The notes under the pieces were generated by a model. The model had not been told where the DNA came from. It ran no database searches and worked only from the letters and a program-made list of their open reading frames with translations. Shown piece by piece: positions 1 to 5,650 of a stretch of DNA of 9,331 nucleotides (positions are counted from its first letter, which is position 1; each line of letters opens with the position of its first letter). The stretch spans positions 1 through 9,331 of IMG/VR virus record IMGVR_UViG_2526164667_000011. One strand, given 5' to 3'. Origin of the DNA: a virus (lineage: Duplodnaviria; Heunggongvirae; Uroviricota; Caudoviricetes). A program made the translations under genes and the position numbers.

Positions 1-677
1 GTCAGCGACCAGAATTTTTTGATGTTGTTAATCGCGGTACGGCTGTATCGTTCGCGTTGTTCAACGATCCCCAGCTTCACCATCTGGTGATATGCCTGAT
101 TAGCCGTCAGGCGGATACCATACTGTTTCAGCAGTGCACTCAGCGACAGCGTGGGGCGGCTTGAGCCATCAGGCGCATCAGCAGGAGCATCAATGGCATA
201 GCGCGGTGCCAGATTCGGTAAGCCAACAGCCTCCTGAAGTTTCTGACAGGCTCCAAGCACTGAAGAGTTAGACAGATTTAACTCCCGGCGCATAAAGTCC
301 AGCAGAATCACACCAGCCTGCATCTTGTCAGCAGCCTGTTCGGATAATTTTTCCGGTGCGCTGGTTACCATGTCGAAAGTACGGATCACCTTCAGATGGA
401 ATGACGGGCTGATCCACATTGCATAGGCATACACCAGTTCTTTGCAGACATACGTCCCCTGGTTATTTCCGCCACGAATAACGTTAACTGGCTCTATATT
501 GACCGAGTTGCAAATCTGCAACTCGCTTATTAAACGCTCAGTTTGCTCATTGCGGAGCCAGAATGCAGGCTTATGCTTATCCAGAGAACCGGCAGCCCTG
601 TGCAGATCGTTCAGGCTGTAACGACCATAAGCATCACGACGAACTTCAATACCATCAATGACCATCAGATTATTCAT
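1..677 (-). CDS. KilA-N domain-containing protein (phage antirepressor-like DNA-binding protein); 3'-partial, C-terminus lies beyond the window start
   Basis: Not in the ORF track because it runs off the window. I translated the minus-strand frame by hand: ATG at 677..675 with an AGGAGA Shine-Dalgarno 6-7 nt upstream, then open to position 3 with no stop (more than 225 codons). The N-terminus MNNLMVIDGIEVRRDAYGRYSLNDLHRAAG...KPAFWLRNEQTERLISEL...GTYVCKELVYAYAMWISPSFHLKVI matches the KilA-N/APSES fold pattern from memory. It starts 19 nt downstream of the rusA stop. Confidence 0.6.
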   Translation of the reverse strand, partial: MNNLMVIDGIEVRRDAYGRYSLNDLHRAAGSLDKHKPAFWLRNEQTERLISELQICNSVNIEPVNVIRGGNNQGTYVCKELVYAYAMWISPSFHLKVIRTFDMVTSAPEKLSEQAADKMQAGVILLDFMRRELNLSNSSVLGACQKLQEAVGLPNLAPRYAIDAPADAPDGSSRPTLSLSALLKQYGIRLTANQAYHQMVKLGIVEQRERYSRTAINNIKKFWSL

Positions 678-696
678 ACTTCGTTTCTCCTCTTAA

Positions 697-1086
697 TCAG
701 GCGGCTGCACCCGCCGTTTTCTCGTACTTACTGATAGTGATCTCGACCTTCCCTTCCGGGATAACCGGTCCCCACTCCACCAGCATTCTTTTCACCTGAC
801 TGTCGTCTTCCCACACACCCGCGTGGGTCAGGGCGTCAAACAGCGCCTTGTTATAGTTGTCCAGATCGCGGATCCGGTTATCCGGAGGAAACAACACGAT
901 CTCCACTGAAGCAGGTGCCGACGTTGGTTTTGGCAGACGACGTAACTGCTCAACTATTGCTGCACACGCCGCGCTCTGGAATTTGCGCCCCGCCGCGCTT
1001 ATCAGGCTCTTACCTGCAAACGCCCCTTTGTTGGGGTGTCGCCAGTACGTGTTCACGCTGGGCGGGAAAGGCAGAATCAGCTTCAT
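697..1086 (-). CDS. rusA: RusA-family Holliday junction resolvase (crossover junction endodeoxyribonuclease)
   Basis: 129-aa ORF. LPFPPSVNTYWRH...DNRIRDLDNYNKALFDALTHAGVWEDDSQV resembles E. coli/phage RusA (PWPPSxNxYYRH...DLDN...KAxxDALTxAGxWxDDxQV), including the acidic catalytic cluster. Its start overlaps the upstream gene's stop by 4 nt (ATGA). Confidence 0.85.
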   Translation of the reverse strand: MKLILPFPPSVNTYWRHPNKGAFAGKSLISAAGRKFQSAACAAIVEQLRRLPKPTSAPASVEIVLFPPDNRIRDLDNYNKALFDALTHAGVWEDDSQVKRMLVEWGPVIPEGKVEITISKYEKTAGAAA

Positions 1087-1409
1087 ACTTTCAGACCCCT
1101 CTCATGTAACCAGTGGGCTGCACGCAGCCTGGCGTTTTCCTCACCGGCAAGCAGTGAGCGGATAATCCCGACCGCCTCGCTGTCGTCGTCCTTCACCGCG
1201 GTATGAAGCGTTATCCCCCGGGCCACACCACGCTTTATCGTGATGACGCCTTTTTTCTCCAGTGCGCGAAGATGCTCCACCGCTGCATTCACTGAACGAT
1301 ATCCCAGCATGGTTGCCACCTCCTGATTGGTTGGCGGAAAGCCACGCTCTTTCTGGTAAGAAATCAGCATATCCAGCACCTGCTGCTGGCATTGAGTTAA
1401 CGTCGTCAT
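1083..1409 (-). CDS. LexA N-terminal DNA-binding-domain-like protein (winged helix), lacking the S24 peptidase domain
   Basis: 108-aa ORF. LTQCQQQVLDMLISYQKERGFPPTNQEVATMLGYRSVNAAVEHLRALEKKGVITIKRGVARGITL parallels the LexA N-terminus ([65 protein letters not shown]). There is no GDSM/K peptidase region. 4-nt overlaps with both neighbouring genes. Confidence 0.7.
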   Translation of the reverse strand: MTTLTQCQQQVLDMLISYQKERGFPPTNQEVATMLGYRSVNAAVEHLRALEKKGVITIKRGVARGITLHTAVKDDDSEAVGIIRSLLAGEENARLRAAHWLHERGLKV

Positions 1410-2059
1410 GCCGCCATCTCCCTGACCAGTTTTTCCGCCTGCTGGCGAACCTGCGCCAGAAAGGCCTCACCACATGCCTCAAGTTCATCGCGCCCGATGT
1501 AGCTGATTGCCGGTCCCTTCCAGGTCTTGTCGAAAACAGCAATAGCACCAGCGAAGAAAGCGCCTGTCGGTACCTGCTTCTCGTCTTTCGGGATAAACCA
1601 GACAGGCAGTTCAAAACCAATACGCCCGCGAATAAAAGCAATATGATCTGCATCTTCCGGCCACCACACTTCGCTGGTGGCAGCTTTAATCAGGAAAACA
1701 TAGCGCCCGCCTTTATCACGCATGGCACTGGCATGCTTCATGATGTAACGCATGCCGGTGATGTATTGCCCCTCATGCTGACTGGCGCGGCTGTATGGGG
1801 GATTACCAAAGGCAGCACCTTTAAGCTCCGCAAGACGTTCTGACCAGTCATGCGCCAGCGCGTTGTCTTCCGCCGTGTAATACGCGGCACATTTGGCATT
1901 ATCACCGTCAGTGAACAGATCCAGAACAAACGGGCCAAACAGGGTGTTAATTCCCCAGAAAATGTTGTCCGGCGTGCGCCACTGATCGCCCACTTCCTTC
2001 AGTTCATGGGCTGGTTTGTTCCGCAGTTCCACCAGCGCCTGGCAATATTTATTACTCAT
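1406..2059 (-). CDS. Phage orphan N6-adenine DNA methyltransferase (Dam-like, NPPY motif)
   Basis: The protein contains GAAFGNPPYS, the catalytic (D/N)PPY motif IV of N6-adenine methyltransferases, and has typical phage Dam size. No restriction endonuclease partner is adjacent. The ORF track starts it at GTG 2092 (228 aa); I prefer ATG 2059 (217 aa, MSNKYCQ...), which forms a TAATG stop/start junction with the upstream gene and follows a GGGGG purine run. Confidence 0.75.
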   Translation of the reverse strand: MSNKYCQALVELRNKPAHELKEVGDQWRTPDNIFWGINTLFGPFVLDLFTDGDNAKCAAYYTAEDNALAHDWSERLAELKGAAFGNPPYSRASQHEGQYITGMRYIMKHASAMRDKGGRYVFLIKAATSEVWWPEDADHIAFIRGRIGFELPVWFIPKDEKQVPTGAFFAGAIAVFDKTWKGPAISYIGRDELEACGEAFLAQVRQQAEKLVREMAA

Positions 2060-2553
2060 TAAGCCCCCACGTAATTCCCTGACAGATACCACTCTTCACC
2101 CGATGCAGCGCGCTTGCTGCTTTTCCGTAAGCACCGCTCACGACGCGCCAGAAAATTGTTTCGCTCTTGCTGGGAGTGGCTTTCACGGAATGCCGCCATC
2201 CACACCGTTGCAGCACGACGGTATAAGCCCCTGGACTCCAGTTCTTCCGCCTGGCGGGTCAGGCACAAAATCACCCGTGGATCGTTAGTGCCGACATAGA
2301 AATTGCGCACAGGTCTGGTTTCTCGAACTGGTTGTGGTTCCGGTTCCTGCGCTCTCTCAGTCAGGCGCGGGAAATGTCTGCGTGTATCTCCTTCACAACG
2401 GTGAGCCACACGCCCGCTCTGACGTAACTTGCTTGCTGACCGCAGAACGCGCTGCCGTGAGTAACCTGCAAAAGCATCCGCAATGTCTCCGGAAGTACAC
2501 CCCGGATGGGCTTCAATGAATTTCTGAACGTCATTCAAAAGACTCATGATCAC
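2059..2553 (-). CDS. Putative transcriptional regulator with PerC-like C-terminal motif and a winged-helix-like N-terminus
   Basis: 164-aa ORF. The C-terminal segment LESRGLYRRAATVWMAAFRESHSQQERNNFLARRERCL resembles the PerC-family signature (GLWRRAAxRW) from memory. Start is GTG 2553 (4-nt overlap with the O-like stop) or ATG 2547. Same size and position as YfdN of CPS-53, from memory. Confidence 0.55.
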   Translation of the reverse strand: MIMSLLNDVQKFIEAHPGCTSGDIADAFAGYSRQRVLRSASKLRQSGRVAHRCEGDTRRHFPRLTERAQEPEPQPVRETRPVRNFYVGTNDPRVILCLTRQAEELESRGLYRRAATVWMAAFRESHSQQERNNFLARRERCLRKSSKRAASGEEWYLSGNYVGA

Positions 2554-3389
2554 CCCCTGAATCCTGCCGGGATCTGGCTGTAGTCCACGTTGTCGTAACT
2601 GGCTTTGAAGTACGGGTCCTCACGTCCGGCTACAGATACCGCAGGAACTTCCCAGGATTCTTCGAAATGACGATCCGGACCAAAGAACGTGACAGCCTGT
2701 TTCACAAATTGTGTGCCGCTGTTACCCATCGCAGATACCCAGCCCGCGTAGCGTTTCACACCTTCCAGCATGGTTTCGGGGTTTACCCCCTCATTCAAAC
2801 GGGCTTTCCAGGCTTTGAAGGCTGCAGATTTTGAATTGCCACCAGCACGTTTGGGATATGCCAGCCATGCCTGCTCAAACTCTGGAGAGTATTCCGGTCG
2901 GTTTGAACGAACTCGCACAGACTCATCAGCAGATGCACCAACAGCTATTGGTTCATTGACTGGTTCTTTGACTGGTTCAAAAGAGTGACTGGTTCTGGGT
3001 GAATCTCCTGCACTACCCCCTGGTGCAACTCCTGCACTACCTAGTGCAACTCCTGCACTACCTGGTGAATTTGCTGCACCAGATAGTGAATTATTTGCAC
3101 TACTCCCTAGTGAATCTCCTGCACCATCAAGATGAAGGAGATAGATATTACTTGAGTTACCTTTTTCACCTTTCCGGGTGACTTTTTTTACCAGCCCGGA
3201 CTCACAAAGGGCCGCAATATGATTCATCACAGAACGTTTGCTAATCTCGCACTGGTCAGCAATATGCTGGTAGCTGGGCCAGCACTCACCCTGATCGCTG
3301 GCATTATCAGCCAGCTTGATCAGAACCAGTTTTCGCAATGGATTACCCACTCGAATTTTCATCGCTTTAACCATCAGCTCCATACTCAT
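2550..3389 (-). CDS. Replication initiation protein, lambda O-like: N-terminal HTH DNA-binding domain, Gly/Ser/Ala-rich repeat linker encoded by the iterons, C-terminal replisome-organiser-like domain
   Basis: 279-aa ORF with a GGAGG Shine-Dalgarno 6 nt before ATG 3389. The N-terminus (KLVLIKLADNASDQGECWPSYQHIADQCEISKRSVMNHIAALCESGLVKK) is HTH-like. The linker GSAG-rich repeats coincide with the DNA repeats at 2999..3130. The C-terminal FEQAWLAYPKRAGGNSKSAAFKAWKAR motif resembles phage replication initiators. Architecture mirrors lambda O, whose gene also contains the origin. Confidence 0.75.
   Translation of the reverse strand: MSMELMVKAMKIRVGNPLRKLVLIKLADNASDQGECWPSYQHIADQCEISKRSVMNHIAALCESGLVKKVTRKGEKGNSSNIYLLHLDGAGDSLGSSANNSLSGAANSPGSAGVALGSAGVAPGGSAGDSPRTSHSFEPVKEPVNEPIAVGASADESVRVRSNRPEYSPEFEQAWLAYPKRAGGNSKSAAFKAWKARLNEGVNPETMLEGVKRYAGWVSAMGNSGTQFVKQAVTFFGPDRHFEESWEVPAVSVAGREDPYFKASYDNVDYSQIPAGFRG
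2999..3130. repeat. Iteron array (candidate phage origin of replication) inside the O-like gene: six tandem 21/24-bp units
   Basis: Units begin at 2999, 3023, 3044, 3065, 3086 and 3110. Examples are GTGCAACTCCTGCACTACCTA and GTGAATCTCCTGCACTACCCCCTG. Each unit holds an internal dyad (GTGCA...TGCAC). Periods are multiples of 3, so the reading frame is kept. An A+T-rich stretch follows at 3131..3193 (ATAGATATTA, CTTTTTCAC, ACTTTTTTTACC). Confidence 0.6.
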
Positions 3390-3610
3390 GCTGCACCTCC
3401 GAGATGCTTCATGTTTTTTCCGGAGCGAAAGGCTATAAGCGGCATACTGACGCGGTAATTACGGCCCAGCGGTTCACAAATCACCTTCTGACATTCACGG
3501 TCAACCAGGCTAACACGTAGAACATGCCCTGCAGGTGTGGTGTACCACTGACCCGGACGAGGACAACGGAAAGTCTGATTGGTAAACCGTTTGAAAATAT
3601 TCCGGATCAT
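3386..3610 (-). CDS. Small hypothetical protein (74 aa) between the Rha-domain gene and the O-like gene
   Basis: The ORF is bounded by 4-nt ATGA overlaps on both sides (start overlaps the Rha stop at 3607..3610; stop overlaps the O-like start at 3386..3389), the same coupling pattern as the rest of the operon. No recognisable motif. Its 3' end contains the O-like gene's Shine-Dalgarno. Confidence 0.45.
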   Translation of the reverse strand: MIRNIFKRFTNQTFRCPRPGQWYTTPAGHVLRVSLVDRECQKVICEPLGRNYRVSMPLIAFRSGKNMKHLGGAA

Positions 3611-4752
3611 TTGCGCCCCCTTACCTCTGAAGGGTTCAGCGACAAATTTATGAGGCAGGCCAGTGCCGAAGCATCATTAATATAGTCATACAAGCTAACA
3701 GCCAGCGGAGATTCGGCTTTTGCCAACATAGGATAAAGCTGCTGCAGCCAGACCTGATGAATTGATGAAATGTAGGAATAGAGAACGCTGGCGTTATGTG
3801 CAACGTCGCTCAGTACAGAGGGATTTGAAAGCTGTTTCTCCATCTGGTTAAAGGCATTGATGTATGCCTCTTTGAACTGGGCAGCACGTTTACCCGTGAA
3901 GCCCATGGCAAGAAACGCAAAACCGTCGCGGGTGATTTGGTAACAAGGGAGTTTGCGGCCTGTGCAATCGGTGTAATCACTGGGCTGAAAATTCAGCTCA
4001 GTGAATTCAACAGAGCACTCAAGCGTCTGGATTTTTTGAATAACGTTTTTGTGCTGCTTGCAGAAATATTCGGCAACGGCCAAAGAAGAGGTAACAGCCT
4101 TCCCATGGATAACATCAATTTTAGGGTGAGTTTGGGTAGGGGTGGTTGCCATAGTGACATCCTCATGTGCGAATTTTGAAAACTCACCACATGGGACGCC
4201 AATCACAGAGGTGGTGAGACGTACAGGGTTGGCGTAACCGGTCGCACATGACCCCGGCGCATCTTTCGATGCCCCTGCACGCCCCACCATAATTTGGATG
4301 TGAGGAAACGTGCGCAAAAAAACCGCTGAAGCGCGGTTATGCGCATGTGCGAATTTCAGGACGCCAATCCCGGCACCCGCTTTATAAGGTGCCTGAGCAG
4401 TGTAACGTCCCGGAATTGCAGAATCAATATGCTGGTGGTCCTTCACACTCAACAAAATCACGCCTGAATTTCCACAAAGGACTAAAGCACTCATGCGGGT
4501 AGTCTTTGCGAAGATAGATAACGCGCTGTGTTTCTGGCTCCCAACGAATAACATGGACATAAAGCCCTCTTCCGTCACGAAACCAGCGGTTAAGTTCCTG
4601 CACAACTCGCCCCCCACAGTCAGGTAAAGTTCTCTGTGGTTACTTACAGCCAGGTGATTTGGTAATCTGCATTCATGCCGTAACAACAGGTGTTCAGCGA
4701 CGCTGACCACCAGCTGTTGCGACAAACGGTTATTTGCCGTTAAACTGTTCAT
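3607..4752 (-). CDS. Rha-family phage regulatory protein; the track ORF is 381 aa with the Rha domain at about residues 205-300, and an internal ATG at 4152 would give a canonical 181-aa Rha protein
   Basis: VTSSLAVAEYFCKQHKNVIQKIQ...YQITRDGFAFLAMGFTGKRAAQFKEAYINAFNQMEKQL matches the Phage_pRha signature (ITRDGFxFLxMGFTGKxA...FxxAFNxME). The frame is open for 1146 nt, with an ATGA overlap with the upstream gene at 4749..4752. The internal ATG at 4152..4150 (Met201) has a GAGGA Shine-Dalgarno 7 nt upstream and sits where Rha proteins normally begin. Confidence 0.6.
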   Translation of the reverse strand: MNSLTANNRLSQQLVVSVAEHLLLRHECRLPNHLAVSNHRELYLTVGGELCRNLTAGFVTEEGFMSMLFVGSQKHSALSIFAKTTRMSALVLCGNSGVILLSVKDHQHIDSAIPGRYTAQAPYKAGAGIGVLKFAHAHNRASAVFLRTFPHIQIMVGRAGASKDAPGSCATGYANPVRLTTSVIGVPCGEFSKFAHEDVTMATTPTQTHPKIDVIHGKAVTSSLAVAEYFCKQHKNVIQKIQTLECSVEFTELNFQPSDYTDCTGRKLPCYQITRDGFAFLAMGFTGKRAAQFKEAYINAFNQMEKQLSNPSVLSDVAHNASVLYSYISSIHQVWLQQLYPMLAKAESPLAVSLYDYINDASALACLINLSLNPSEVRGRK

Positions 4753-5300
4753 GCGTTAGTTTCTCCACAGACACAAAACGCCACGACGCCCGGAGCTGCA
4801 CACTCGCGGGCGTCACTCTTTTCTGGAGCGCAAAAGATTTTGTAGACCAGTGCTGCATGCTCCTGGAGCTTCGAAATTGACAGATACAACTCATCATTAA
4901 TTGCTGTCTGCTCGTGTGGCTCCACTACCCCATCTTCGATTGCCGAACGAATCTGCTTTGAGTAACTCCCGATCTGTTCGATGGCTTCCAGCAGGCGCTG
5001 GTTTATATCGGCGTTCTCTACTTCCTCAATTTCAGGAAGCGATACAAACACCCCACCAGCAGACTGTGCGACAGCATCCGCAATGTAGTGAGTGCCAGCC
5101 GCGCGCTGTAAAATCATTGCCCATCCCAGCGGGAAAATCTGATCGCCATCTGCACGAAGGCGGTTGAATAAAGCGTTCTCTGTTACATCCAGCCACTCAG
5201 CAGCTTCAGCGTAACCTCCCGGCAACGCCGCGATAGTTTTTCTGACAGCTTTCACGTACCACTCAGGTTGTTTTTCCACTTTCCAGTGATGCTTACCCAC
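4749..5300 (-). CDS. Putative CII-like phage regulatory protein (in the cII position immediately after cro; possibly the CP76/YdaT-like family)
   Basis: 183-aa ORF with a GTG start at 5300 and a strong GGAGGT Shine-Dalgarno 5 nt upstream, which lies inside the 3' end of cro (8-nt overlap). Assignment is mainly by position/synteny; family membership is from weak memory only. Confidence 0.5.
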   Translation of the reverse strand: MGKHHWKVEKQPEWYVKAVRKTIAALPGGYAEAAEWLDVTENALFNRLRADGDQIFPLGWAMILQRAAGTHYIADAVAQSAGGVFVSLPEIEEVENADINQRLLEAIEQIGSYSKQIRSAIEDGVVEPHEQTAINDELYLSISKLQEHAALVYKIFCAPEKSDARECAAPGVVAFCVCGETNA

Positions 5301-5553
5301 GGCTTACCTCCTGTTCCTGTGGTTTAAACCCATTCTGGTTTTGGCTAGATTGAAAACGTGCCGGATAAAGAATCTGCATTTCGCTGATTTCACCCTTAAA
5401 AAAATTGGCCAGACGTTCTGCAAGATCGATAAATGGAATTTGTTCCTGTCTTTCAATACGACTCAGCGTCGCTGGATTGACCTGAACGCCCGCAGCAACA
5501 TGCTGCAAAGTAAATCCGTGCGCCTTACGCACATTCCGTAATGGTGATTGCAT
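5293..5553 (-). CDS. Cro-like HTH transcriptional regulator (XRE/Cro-C1 family)
   Basis: 86-aa ORF divergent from the cI-like gene. The HTH segment is GFTLQHVAAGVQVNPATLSRIERQEQIP. GGAGG Shine-Dalgarno 5-6 nt upstream of ATG 5553. First gene of the minus-strand early operon. Confidence 0.8.
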   Translation of the reverse strand: MQSPLRNVRKAHGFTLQHVAAGVQVNPATLSRIERQEQIPFIDLAERLANFFKGEISEMQILYPARFQSSQNQNGFKPQEQEVSRG

Positions 5554-5650
5554 ATAACCTCCACATATTGCGTGATGAGCATATTATTTCACGCAAATAT
5601 TTTGCGCAAGTTGATTTGCTTAACGCGCAATAAAGAAATGTAATAAACGC
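5554..5650. promoter_or_regulatory. Divergent cI/cro operator-promoter region (PR/PRM-like) with clustered TTGCG/CGCAA half-site palindromes
   Basis: Inverted repeats: TTGCGTGA-N13-TCACGCAA (about 5568..5596), CGCAAA-TAT-TTTGCG (5592..5606), palindromic TTGCGCAA (5602..5609) and TTGCttaacgcGCAA (5617..5630). Candidate minus-strand promoter for cro: -35 TTGCGC, 17-bp spacer, -10 TAATAT. Candidate plus-strand promoter for cI: -35 TTGCTT (5617..5622), 16-bp spacer, -10 TGTAAT (5639..5644), placing the transcript start at or next to the cI ATG. Confidence 0.55.

Noticed and set aside
857-1165. Plus-strand ORFs 857..1165 and 915..1109
   Set aside because: Antisense to rusA, whose protein has clear family similarity; low-complexity translations.
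1141-1843. Track ORFs 1141..1653 (-, 170 aa) and 1262..1843 (+, 193 aa)
   Set aside because: Both are alternative-frame or antisense ORFs lying wholly within the better-supported LexA-DBD-like and methyltransferase genes. Their translations are Arg/Ser-rich with no recognisable motif, no Shine-Dalgarno and no coupling to neighbours.
1850-2519. Plus-strand ORFs 1850..2062, 2016..2288, 2114..2299, 2334..2519 and minus ORF 1738..1938
   Set aside because: Antisense or out-of-frame within the methyltransferase and PerC-like genes; no start signals.
2770-3458. Plus-strand ORFs 2770..2988, 2999..3181 and 3219..3458
   Set aside because: Antisense to the O-like gene. The ORF at 2999..3181 is a translation artefact of the iteron repeats (VQLLHYL repeated).
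3937-4202. ORFs 3937..4179 (+) and 3993..4202 (-)
   Set aside because: Embedded in or antisense to the Rha domain-coding region.
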